A stretch of DNA of 64,000 bases from Haliotis rufescens (Eukaryota). Of this stretch, positions 56,001 to 64,000 are shown in pieces. The DNA lies in contig NW_025963990.1 of NCBI RefSeq assembly GCF_023055435.1, positions 1,364,001 through 1,428,000 of the forward strand. The letters are read 5' to 3'. The translations under genes and the position numbers were made by a program. Within the stretch, counting starts at the first letter, position 1, and each line of letters starts with the position of its first letter. Below the pieces are notes generated by a model that saw only the letters and a list, made by a program, of their open reading frames with translations, was not told the DNA's origin and did not search any database.

Positions 56001-59000
56001 GTCCACACGTTCCCTCCACAAGTACACTAAATGGCCCAGTGTTAATGTCAGCCGACAAAGCTGCATACACATGTTACCTACATATATTTCAGCCTTCTGT
56101 CAACACTTAGACAACACTTAGACACGGGGGGCCCAGTCGTCTAAGGCGCCGCAATTCGCTATGCGGAGTTGCGTCCCTTAGCCACGCCAGAAACCTATTA
56201 TTGTGGGTTCGAATTCCGGTTCGCCCCGATAATGTTTCTAGGATTGTCAGCACCATACCCATGCTCGTTGGTTTCACCAAAGTGGTACGCGTCTTAGACC
56301 TGCATCACTTCGGGCGTTCCTCCCACATTAAGCTGACACGCTGTGATATAACTGGAATACTGTTAAAAGCAGCGTTAAACCCAACTCACTCACTCACTCA
56401 CTTAGACAAGCTGATGTGACGTGAAACCCAATATCTGTTTTTATTATGCATTATTGATAAAGATTATCATTACCAGAAAAAAATATGCCCGACGTGAATA
56501 TGTATGTATGCAGGTAGTTATTTACTGATTAAGTTGTAAGAAAACACGAACGTATTTGTAAAGAAATCTGACGATTAACATGCATATGCAATATGAAAAT
56601 ATTTATTTAACACCACATTGAACTTTCTCGATTCGCTAGGCAAGGTCTTGTGCCTATTTCTAGTCTAGGTCTTGTGTGAAACGAAGACATTGTCTGTAGA
56701 AGCAGGGTATTCCATTTAGAATGAATGATATTCGCCAAACCGTTTGAGTAAGCATGGAACCCCAAAAAAGTTTAAATAACTGATTTGCTTGATTTCCCTA
56801 CCCGAGTCCTCTTATTGCGATAACATCGTACAATCGACGCTGCTCTTGGTCTATTCTTATGAATATGGAAAGGGTTCTGTTGCTTTAGTTTTCATAAGCT
56901 GTATCAGTAATATATCACAACTCGAAATTTTGATTTTGTTCTCATTACTTCGATGCTGTTCAAGTTTGAAATAAACTTGAAATAACGAAACAATATTCGA
57001 AATTATATCAAGGCAGCCTTTTAATAATCGGGTATAGTCTAATTAAATTCAGAAACACATAAATATCTAAGACGGCGAGAAGTATGGTTGTAAAACACGA
57101 ACAGTGGTAACGGTCTATGACCTGCGTCACTTCGGACTCTACTCCTGCACGCCGGTATGTAATCGTTACTGAAATACTGTTCAAAGCGTTTCCCCACACT
57201 CACTCACTGTTCATGGAGAACTCGATTGATAACTCTATGCATTCTTACATTCGATACAAAAAATCATCGCTTCAAACGGACTCAAAACACCTCTAACATA
57301 TGCACAAACAATATATTTGATCATATTACGGAACATAACCGTCATGTGTGTGATTAGACCTCCAAATAAATAGCTTACGTCATCTGAAATGTCACATTCC
57401 CACTCAAAATCGTTTTATAATGTTTTCAGGTCGACTATTGATCCACGTCGATCATGAAATCGATACCACAAAGATAATCACCTTGCCTAACACATAGGGA
57501 ATTGGATATCACAGGACGACTTGAACAACACGAGTCCGTTTGTCCCAGGAAATACCTGGTCAGACATGTGAGGTAGACGCAAGACAACTGCGTGCTTCTT
57601 GCGCTTCAACTGGCACCCTGAATACATTGAAAGGTTAATTATAGAGCTTGTGTCGTGCATCGTCATTATTGGGCTTGTCACGCTCCGCAAAGCGATAGTG
57701 ATGCTGCTTCTGTCGTAAGTCCTAAGAGGGTTACTTTCCCCTTTTGAATCAGGAAGAATTACACTCACAATAACATTCTAATTCTGGAACGGGAATACGT
57801 TTCCGAAAGTTTTCATCTAAATTGGAACCAGAAAAGTGTAGGTGTAGGTGCAGATGTAGGTGTAGGTGTCGATGTAGGTTGTTGGTGTAGGTGTAGGTGT
57901 AGATGTAGATGTTGTTGTAAGTTGTAAGTGTAGATGATGGTGTAGATGGTGTAGGTGTAGGTGTCGATGTAGGTTGTTGGTGTAGATGTAGGTGTAGATG
58001 TAGATGTTGGTGTAGGTGTAGGTGTAGGTGTTGGTGTAGGTGTAGGTGTAGGTGTAGGTGTAGGTGTAGGTGTAGGTTTGTGACAAGGTTCCATATTGAT
58101 GGACCGCCCCATCGTGTGTATATTAAATGTCAACTTCACTCGGGTGTTTAGTTACAGCGATATCTAACAAACCTCTTAGGCCTTGAGTGTGTACAAAACA
58201 TGTTCTTAAAGTACAGACGCTGCACGTTCTCATGATCGTCATATTACTTATGTTAATCTTATCCGTTGTATGGGATTTAAGTTTGTTCAGAAACAAACTC
58301 AATGTCCTTAGCTAGACTGTTTTAAGCCTAAAAGGCGTAATATTACATACCGTCTTATCTTTCAAAGTATCATTTACTTACTATCCTAAATACCTCTATC
58401 TGCAATCCATCCCATCCAGGCATTAGCAACTATAGTTTTGATTAAGAAAGTAATCAAATCGTAACCAAAAGCCAACCACCTGTCCCTCCACCCAGCCCGA
58501 CCCCATTCTCTACCCCATTTCCCTACCGCATAAAACCTTATATTGTCTTCTATGGAGCGACCCCGATCCATAAAGTAGCTGAAAATTAAACTGACTGAAC
58601 GACTCTCTTGGAGATACTCCCGAAATGTGCATTAGCTGCTACGGCAGCGTCAGGGGCACAACGAAACTTAAGAGACCCGAGTCGCTGTTCAGCTGCGCCT
58701 TCAGTCAACTGGCGATGTGTTCCGACCCTAAAGACTTGCGTCGTGGTAATTTAGATATGGGTAGATTATTAACACTCCCTGTGTATTTAGCATTCATACT
58801 TTATGCATATTCATTAAGAGCTCATTTCATTCACTAACCAACCTCACTCACATACTGTTAAATATTTTGTCAATGCTGTCTCAGTTGCAGACTCTAATAA
58901 CTGACAGATGTAGAGGGCCCTTTAAGGTAAACGAATACTGAGAAATGGATGTAGTTACTGTTTACACAAATATGAATAAATATAAAGTAATGCATAGTCG

Positions 59001-59413
59001 ATAAATGAACTGACGGAAACAATTAGCATTCACACTGGCCTGGGGACGACTATTCTGCTTCATCTCAACAAACCGACATCCAGTGTATTTCATGCGTCAT
59101 TACTGCAAAAGAATACCCGGTGATGCACGGGTAGATCTAAATCTAACGTCAATCATTTCCTTTAGGCCTATTCGCTTATGTTTTCCCATTGGTATATTTT
59201 GATTATGAATACGCGGAATTAGAAAAATTAACAATATGGAAATAAACAACTCACCTTGGCTAACACTTGAAAATCTCCAATGTTTTTCACATTTGCATTC
59301 GAATCATACTCGTACTGGTACTCAAACCCCGGTTCAAAGTTAATGAAACTTGAAGAAGCACATGTCAGTAAAACAACTATTCCACAAATTGCCGGAAAAT
59401 GATTTCCCGGCAT
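1932..59413 (-). CDS. Large multi-exon gene (3' end outside window): secreted vitellogenin-N/LLT-domain protein fused to an M23/LECT2-like peptidase domain and a SAP-like motif
   Basis: Hand-spliced exons (minus strand, 5' to 3'): 59255-59413, 44065-44155, 41555-41588, 40970-41102, 38548-38608, 37634-37746, 36908-36993, 36107-36165, 35417-35538, 34675-34765, 34367-34475, 33498-33672, 32438-32627, 31508-31716, 28110-28234, 26272-26483, 25723-25868, 19616-19792, 15723-15881, 14988-15130, 14810-14880, 13755-13921, 12965-13131, 12418-12601, 11122-11259, 4578-4757, 4191-4338, 2777-2857, 2234-2382, 1932-2070. All introns are GT-AG with matching phases and one open frame (about 4018 nt). Domain names come from motif recognition, not a database search. 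Confidence 0.88.
3110..3640 (-). mobile_element. Penelope-like RT fragment
   Basis: Minus strand reads [21 protein letters not shown] and [11 protein letters not shown]. Confidence 0.65.
4578..12601 (-). CDS. Exons 24-26: peptidase M23/LECT2-like domain
   Basis: GCSGSGSY...EHKGIDV (HxxxD), [24 protein letters not shown] (HxH), IDPTRYL: the M23/LECT2 motifs in the correct order. Confidence 0.85.
4850..6330 (+). mobile_element. R4/Dong-like non-LTR retrotransposon 3' fragment (restriction-like endonuclease), interrupted at about 5075-5340
   Basis: RHDGV...KPDLILFDK...IIELSVP...K..Y..L REL motif; ends in (TAA)n; homologous to 59780-61270. Confidence 0.8.
7400..8760 (-). mobile_element. CR1/L2-like LINE relic
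   Basis: QFDFRK...[15 protein letters not shown]...GIRGK...[14 protein letters not shown] motifs; many stops. Confidence 0.75.
9405..9665 (-). mobile_element. SINE (family with ...ggaatattgctgagtgtggcgttaaa(caaa)n tail)
   Basis: Same family at about 43700-43870, 49150-49290, 54950-55170 and 61667-61890 (+ strand). Confidence 0.75.
11685..11920. repeat. About 21-bp tandem repeat (aacttattatcttgaaatttc) with inverted copies, foldback-like
   Basis: KFQDNKL repeats in the ORF track; ttgaaatttcaa palindromic core. Confidence 0.65.
14400..14750 (-). mobile_element. Highly degenerate Tc1-like fragment
   Basis: Remnants ERRRIIGM...[11 protein letters not shown] and WP..SPDLNT(LEH). Confidence 0.45.
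16847..18356 (+). mobile_element. Mariner transposon, defective, interrupted by a SINE
   Basis: TIRs caagggctagctgaaaagttctaagcct / aggcttagagcttttcagccagccctcg with TA flanks; [27 protein letters not shown]. Confidence 0.92.
17695..17894 (-). mobile_element. tRNA-derived SINE with (ACTC)n tail inserted in the mariner
   Basis: A/B-box head on the minus strand; 13-bp TSD tatcaatggaaga at 17682-17694 and 17895-17907; same family at 36627-36725 and 61323-61478. Confidence 0.85.
20410..20878 (+). repeat. Left terminal inverted repeat, with an extra block of CCAAGATGG(CG) repeats
   Basis: 20410-20540 and 20795-20878 are the reverse complement of 24411-24610; the roughly 260 bp between them is absent on the right. 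Confidence 0.85.
20894..21205 (-). CDS. Cys/His-rich orphan protein (103 aa) inside the Polinton-like element
   Basis: Intact [14 protein letters not shown]...; its ATG lies just downstream of the left copy of the mirrored CCAAT/TATA promoter; no family recognised. Confidence 0.5.
   Translation of the reverse strand: MQTNEENWDLDLVSVAHPLTLCKDCRWDLEHIPPWQCNKYKGCLPVYAHGTREHDGTFQCIYWNTVLKDTYVRRLCHTSKCPVRRQVAGHPCLCRTAPLWEKK
21222..21420 (-). promoter_or_regulatory. Inverted copy of the same promoter cassette, left copy
   Basis: Reverse complement of 23515-23718 (ORF-track peptides at 21287+ and 23652- are near identical); TATA position reads tgtaaaa. Confidence 0.6.
21585..21982 (+). pseudogene. 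Homolog of the N-terminal (non-catalytic) region of Polinton protein-primed PolB, frameshifted near the 5' end
   Basis: [11 protein letters not shown]...[37 protein letters not shown]...VTSVHV resembles, from memory, the motif upstream of the exonuclease domain in animal Maverick pPolB; preceded by CCAAT boxes, TATAAAT (21524) and ATG 21585. Confidence 0.65.
22761..23211 (+). pseudogene. C2H2 zinc finger + BIR (IAP-like) domain protein, frameshifted
   Basis: [22 protein letters not shown] (C2H2) in one frame; [37 protein letters not shown] (BIR Cx2C...W...D.PW.EH...C) in the overlapping frame. Confidence 0.75.
23515..23718 (+). promoter_or_regulatory. Pol II promoter cassette (2x CCAAT, TATAAAA), right copy
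   Basis: gaaccaatc twice, then ctataaaac about 35-45 bp before the ATG; inverted copy at 21222-21420. Confidence 0.65.
23727..24281 (+). CDS. Four-CCHC zinc-knuckle protein with basic NLS-like and acidic tail (about 184 aa)
   Basis: [42 protein letters not shown] and [14 protein letters not shown] are all CX2CX4HX4C; [19 protein letters not shown]; ATG at 23715 or 23727 follows TATAAAA (23681). Confidence 0.75.
   Translation: MSSRHSCMKCQTDSHSYLYCPEVTCTECHTQGHRHYVCPRISSQDKQKTPQGPCQNCQVVGHFAADCPESSRKKTSQGPCYNCQVVGHFTADCPEPSRKKTSAAPSMSTPVTPVTQVIQVLHLIEVMHIDVRALKECIAHLHAGITPRLGKRKRDRSPSRKHPSKRQRRHQSEEEEEMEDEGDR
24411..24610 (-). repeat. Right terminal inverted repeat
   Basis: Reverse complement of the left end; ends in ACTACT. 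Confidence 0.85.
26500..27935 (+). mobile_element. Tc1-like transposon, defective
   Basis: TIRs cacatgctcaaaagtt / aacttttgtgcatgtg with TA flanks; ORFs 26763-27317 and 27333-27638 ([25 protein letters not shown]). Confidence 0.9.
28110..44155 (-). CDS. Exons 2-15: LLT beta-barrel and alpha-helical domain
   Basis: [36 protein letters not shown] (LLT 'NIKRG'-like segment), [34 protein letters not shown] (vitellogenin 'ALGNAG'), DEEVRYEAL. Confidence 0.8.
28207..30330. repeat. About 60-bp minisatellite (about 35 copies) made of the exon-15 acceptor plus exon start
   Basis: Unit gtcttcaacatcagatgtgctgcctgcaacaggggatatatcat...; 475-bp higher-order repeat (28465 vs 28940). Confidence 0.9.
32955..33540. 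repeat. About 78-bp minisatellite (about 7 copies) made of the exon-12 3' end plus donor site
   Basis: Unit cacttacgtctatcggtggtccatcaagtgagatgatgtggaacatgag... Confidence 0.88.
37255..37520 (+). mobile_element. tRNA-derived SINE, longer family
   Basis: gtgggttcgaatcccggttc B-box and aaacccaactcact tail; copies at about 51778-52060, 56120-56400 and 62955-63165. Confidence 0.75.
38090..38520. repeat. Degenerate C-rich tandem repeat (about 110 bp)
   Basis: acccatccacggcatcc...atgccagatacccaacccatc recurs at about 38133 and 38242. Confidence 0.6.
41728..42920. repeat. 39-bp minisatellite with a 117-bp (3-mer) higher-order period
   Basis: cagcaacaaa(c/g)tgaatc(a/g)ttcggcttcccctttca variants cycling in threes. 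Confidence 0.88.
43010..44060. repeat. (AGT/AGC)n microsatellite tracts
   Basis: 43010-43390 and 43940-44060. Confidence 0.9.
44783..45407 (-). mobile_element. CR1/L2-like LINE 3' end
   Basis: [10 protein letters not shown]...ERTCTLC...[11 protein letters not shown]; AATAAA plus (TTCTG)n tail; absent at the paralogous site near 57690. Confidence 0.8.
45552..47462. repeat. (GTAGGT/GTAGAT)n hexamer repeat containing two assembly gaps
   Basis: Direct reading; shorter paralogous tracts at 53290-53435 and 57836-58078. Confidence 0.95.
48602..48760 (-). pseudogene. Duplicated exon 1, inactivated
   Basis: 159-bp copy of exon 1 with in-frame TAA (EYQYK*DPN); ATG and donor retained. Confidence 0.85.
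49647..51177 (+). mobile_element. Tc1-like transposon, frameshifted
   Basis: TIRs cactcacgtgcaaaagaaacgtc / gacgtttcttttgcacgtgag; TA duplication confirmed by the empty site (ttgtaatattagcc) in the paralogous segments; FGDESRF, SPIEHLW. Confidence 0.92.
54381..54539 (-). pseudogene. Duplicated exon 1, inactivated
   Basis: 159-bp copy of exon 1 with intact ATG and gtgag donor, but in-frame TGA (NI*D) and a TAG as last codon. Confidence 0.85.
59255..59413 (-). CDS. Intact coding exon 1: signal peptide and start of LLT/vitellogenin-N domain
   Basis: [53 protein letters not shown]|gtgag: hydrophobic leader followed by the FEPGxEYxYxY start typical of vitellogenin/apolipophorin/MTP N-termini. 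Confidence 0.85.
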
Positions 59414-59739
59414 TTTGAAGGATAAATTCTTTTCCAAAGTTGTTGTATAGCTATAATCTTCAGCGACGTCTTACATGACTGAACTAAGTTTCAGCTCAAT
59501 TGTACAAGCGCAGGCAGGTGCAATGCGATTGGGTTGGGGAAACAAGGAAGTTGATATAACCAGGTAGTTGTGACAGGCTCATGCAGCACGGAGTTTTCTT
59601 TGACTGATCCTGTTACAAATCTCTAGTGGAGACTCGACAAAAAATTAAATACTATCAATATGAACATGTCCTTACCATCAATGACCTTATTCATAGCGAC
59701 GTTGAGAAGAAGTTTGAGGTTGCGCTCGACACATCATCT

Positions 59740-59770
<31 letters not shown>

Positions 59771-59779
59771 ACTACTACA

Positions 59780-61270
59780 GGCCTATACGTACTTAGGGAT
59801 TAGGGACAAACTCCAGAATGCCCATATCAAGGAAAAATTCGGGCAGAGTACAAATGTAGACTTTAAGAAAATCTGGAGTTCAGAGCTGAACGCTCGCAAC
59901 AAAGTCAAAACCACAAATACTTATACCCATCCTTTCGTAATCCTTTGGTGTTGTTGATTGGACGAAACAAGAAATTCAGGGTATTGACACCCTCACGCGA
60001 AGAATCAACAGATCCCACCACCCTCGCTCTTCCCTCAATCGCTTATATTTACCAATCATTATGGGAGGACGTGGTTTGATTAACGTTGGGGTTCTTCATG
60101 ATAGAAATATTTTGTTCACTTTTGCACACATTTATTTGTCTGATGATCCTCTTGTGAAGCATGTCAAGATGAAAACAAGGCTTTCCACAGTTTTCTTAAA
60201 CGAGCCAAGGATGTGGGACATACTCTGAATGTCGGTGTTGATTTTGTTGATGTTTCTGTACTGCTGGACGGTACAGAAATGAGTGTCAACCAAGCGAAGT
60301 GCCATATCAAGTCGGCCCAGACTCAGTTTTTAAAAGGGAAGCTCTCTGAACACCACTGCATCGAGTTTATGTGCAGTGTGTTGAGAATATCAGCAGTCCT
60401 GCAGAGTCCTTTGCTTCGATAAAGTCGTCTGGCCTGAAAAGTGAAACAGAAGGCTTTCTGTTTGCTGCTAAAGGACCAGTCACTTCCAACTCGAAATGTG
60501 TGATTTTGCATCAAAATGTAAATATGAAATGTAGATTATGTAATGAATTTAATTAGACTGTCCAACATATTGTGAGTGGATGCCCAGCTTTGGCACAAAC
60601 ACAGTATCTTAAACGACATGATTGTGTATCTCGATCATTTTATTACCGTCTTCGCCATGCTTGTGGTTTTGACACAGAGGTCCATCCATGGTACGAACCG
60701 GAATATGTAGAGGGCGTCATGGAAAATGATCAATACAAAATTCTTTGGAATAGGCCCATTTACTGCCTCAGACGTATCCAGGCCAGCAAACCTGATCTTG
60801 TCCTTTTGGATAAATCCAATGAAATCATTTATATCATTGAATTTTCTGTCCCCTTTGACACAAATGTGATTGACAAGATTGAAGAAAAACATGGTAAATA
60901 TACGGACCTCGCTTTCGAAATGTCACGCTTGAATCCCAAGTACCAAGTTGTCCCCATTGTACTCGGTGCCTTAGGTTTGGTACCTCCCAATCTGTTGACT
61001 GACATTGGGAGAGTACCCGGGTTTCCTACCAGGAATACAGCTCTTCTGACAATCTGGGTAATGCAGAAAGCTGCAGTGTTGGAGGGTCTTCACATTCTCC
61101 CAAAAGTTCTGGGTGGGTTTGACTAGGCAGCGCTTCCTGGGAGAAGTCCCATTCGCTGTCTGGGCTGCATGTAGAGGGGGCAAGGGCCCTGAGCTGATGA
61201 TGAGCCTAACCAGCTTGACTGGACCAGGATCACCCACACCTTTGCTGGATTTTTTATTTTAATCTGTAAA
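59780..61270 (+). mobile_element. 5'-truncated R4/Dong-like non-LTR retrotransposon flanked by (TAA)n
   Basis: YTYLGI, CRLC...HIVSGC zinc knuckle, RHDCV, KPDLVLLD...IIEFSVP REL endonuclease; (TAA)n on both sides. Confidence 0.85.
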
Positions 61271-61284
61271 TAATAATAATAATG

Positions 61285-61322
<38 letters not shown>

Positions 61323-61323
<1 letters not shown>

Positions 61324-61478
61324 GTGAGTGAGTATGGTTTTACGCCGCTTTTAGCAATATTCCAGCAATATCACGGCGGGGGACACCAGAAATGGGCTTC
61401 ACACATTGTACCCATGTCGGGAATCGAACCCGGATCTTCGGCGTTACGAGCGAACGCTTTAACCACTAGGCTACCCGA
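61323..61478 (-). mobile_element. tRNA-derived SINE inside the (TAA)n tail
   Basis: ggtagcctagtggttaaagcg...ggttcgattccc head on the minus strand; (ACTC)n tail. Confidence 0.85.
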
Positions 61479-61488
61479 CTTCCCCTAT

Positions 61489-61529
<41 letters not shown>

Positions 61530-64000
61530 TAATAATAAAAGTACACATCATATTATAGGAAATATCTACCAAAAGCAGACTTGATTGTACGATTCCGACT
61601 ATAAAATGAGCATGTTTTTCTATGAATCACTATCAAATAGTGATGATTCTATGCAAGTGTTAGCGACCCGTGAAGATCCGAGGTAGACTAGGTCTTCAGC
61701 AACCCATGCTTGCCTAAGAGGAGACTAACGGGTTCCGGTGGTCTGTTCGCTGACTAAGTTGATGCATGTCATCGTGTTCCAATTGCGTTGATCGATGTCA
61801 ATAACAGGATTGTCTTGTCCAGGTTCAATTATTTACAGACCGCCGTCACATAGTTGGAATATTGCTGAGTACGGCGTTAAACACACAAACAAACAAAGGC
61901 AAAATCTCAGTAGTGTTGTGCTTGAGGTTAATGATACAATTTCTTTTCTACAGGTTTAGGCAAGAACAACATGTATGGCTCAGTGTAACGGGCAGTATTA
62001 GATCTGTTTCTGCATCTGGAAAATAGGACTTATCATATTAACATTCTCGCGCAATGTCGATCTGCTATTCTATATTGAACGAGTATTTCATGTTTCAGAA
62101 ATAAAAGTGTCTACTTGAAGTCTAAATGCATCTTATGAAGAAGAGAAACAAAATATGGTTTTCCAATCATTAATGATTATATCTGCTTGAAATAAAATAA
62201 TCGTATGTGAGAAAATATTGAAAACGTAAGCCAAGAATACATGAATGTGTCCTGACACTCTCTGATTAAATGCTCAGGAAGCACAAACAATGATGCTTTG
62301 AAAAGGAAATGGTCCCATGGAGATGTCGGTGTTGAACTGCCATTGTAATATTAGCCAACTATATGAGAATCCCAATGTGACGTGTGCCTGGCTGAGTGTG
62401 TATCACTGAACCCGACGGGGTAGTTCGATGCTTATGCTATCAACCACTGGTTTAATTAGACTGTTCTCGATTAGCTAAAGGCTGCCTTGCCTGCTGAATG
62501 GACAAAAAAAAGAAGAAATTTAATAAATCGAATTTTTGGGAGATGAGTAGATATTTCGATCATTAAATATGATCAAGCGTCGACTTAATTTGAGAAGAAA
62601 GGCCGAAGTGACCCATATCGACGACATTTTTGGAAATTCAAATGACTTTGGTTTAACGCTGCTTTCAACTTTCTTTAGTTATGTTACGGCGAATCAGTTT
62701 TACCTCAGAGAAAATGCCACGTCGTGTCACAGACGCTCATCACAAACATATTGGATTAACGATTCAGGTATTCAGGTAACTCACGACCAGCAGATCCTTG
62801 CACGCCTAAGGGACGCAACTCATCGTAGCTGACCACTGGTCTACACGTTCCCTCCATGAGGACACTGAATGGCCCAGTGTTAATGCCAGCCGACAAAGCT
62901 GCATACACATGTGAACTACATATATTTCAGCCTTCTGTCAACACTAAGACAAGCTTAGGGGCACGGGCCCCCCAGTCGCTATGTCCATTGGGCACGCCAG
63001 AAACCTATGATTGTGGGTTCGAAACCCGGTTCGACCTGATTATGTTTCTAGGATTGTCAGCACCATACCCGTGCTCGTGGGTTTCACATCGGGCTTCCTC
63101 AAGCCGACACGCCATGATATAACTGGAGTACTGTTAAAAGCAGCGTTAAACCCAACTCACTCACTTAGAGAAGCTGATGTGACGTGAAACCCAATATCTG
63201 TTTTTATTGTACATTATTGATAACCATTATCATTACCATATAAAGTATGCCCGACATGAATATGTATGTATGCAGGTAGTTATTTACTGATTAAGTTGTA
63301 AGTAAACACGAACGGATTTGTAAAGTAATCTGACGATTAACATGCATATACAATGTAAATAAATACAGGAATGTTTTGATCGACTGACAGCGCGCGATAA
63401 AAGCCCCATTAACAGCTCATTGAACATTCTGCATTCGCTAGGCAGCCAGGCCATTTACGTCAATCATGTAATAGCACACTACCCTGTTGTTCAATAGAAG
63501 CTTTAAGTAGATTTCAGTTAGATTACAGACATGTGGTAGAGAAAAGGGTATGTGTAGGGGAGAGGGTTTGGAATAGGTGGGTGAGGTGATATTTTGGTCA
63601 ATGAATAGACATGGCCAAGGGTCTGATGTAGGAAAACTTCGGTTGTCTGATTGTCAACCATGCATGCTAACACATAGGGTACGACCACCCCATTTGAAAA
63701 CAACACATGTACACAAATGAAACAAAAATATTTCGTACAATTGAAATACCTTTGTACATTCGAGTCGCAATACGTGACTCCTACAGAAGGAAAACGAAGA
63801 TATGATACCCCTCCCCTACCCACACCCACAACTGAAGAAACAAATTTGAAATTCGACATGAGCACACCCAATCCCCTCACCGGAATGTGACACCCCCCAA
63901 AAAAACACCCACAACATACACACTGCAGGTTACAGTTAAATATCTTCCATGCCCCCACCCCTACAAACACCTTTAATGTGACCCCCATGGGCCAATTTGG

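Larger units (their letters stand above)
44200..63350. repeat. Tandem segmental triplication (plus a partial fourth piece) of the promoter/exon 1/intron 1 start, unit about 4.3 kb before insertions
   Basis: Near-identical blocks recur, e.g. 52447 vs 56789 (period 4342); atggagatgtc block near 47480, 49613, 55490, 62317; (GTAGGT)n tracts at 45550, 53290, 57836; three exon-1 copies. Confidence 0.9.

Noticed and set aside
48602-59413. Three paralogous genes or productive alternative first exons
   Set aside because: Only exon 1 is duplicated, and two of the copies have in-frame stops.
61185-61240. ctgatga in the LINE 3' UTR (also about 6230 and 37112) as a hammerhead
   Set aside because: No correctly placed GAAA or closing stems.

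Overview
AT-rich, repeat-rich animal genomic DNA; the SINE families and (GAGT)n tails suggest a mollusc, probably a gastropod such as abalone (inference). There are two N gaps (about 45598-45726 and 46551-46785). Almost the whole window is one large minus-strand gene that I reconstructed by hand as 30 GT-AG exons with consistent phases (59413 down to 1932, about 1339 codons, 3' end off the left edge). It encodes signal peptide + vitellogenin-N/large lipid transfer (LLT) module + furin-type RHKR site + helical region + M23/LECT2-like Zn-peptidase domain + SAP-like motif. The promoter/exon-1 segment is tandemly triplicated, and only the most upstream exon 1 is free of stops. Three introns hold minisatellites built from the gene's own splice sites. 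Intron 17 contains a 4.2-kb non-autonomous Polinton/Maverick-type element (AGTAGT...ACTACT ends, TIRs, near-perfect 6-bp TSD) nested in a Penelope relic. It has no integrase, polymerase catalytic core or capsid; it carries a pPolB N-terminal-like ORF, a C2H2-ZnF/BIR (IAP-like) ORF, a 4x CCHC zinc-knuckle ORF and a Cys/His-rich orphan ORF, arranged around mirror-image promoters. Other repeats: three Tc1 elements, one mariner, two R4/Dong-like LINEs, CR1/L2 and Penelope fragments, many SINEs and simple repeats.
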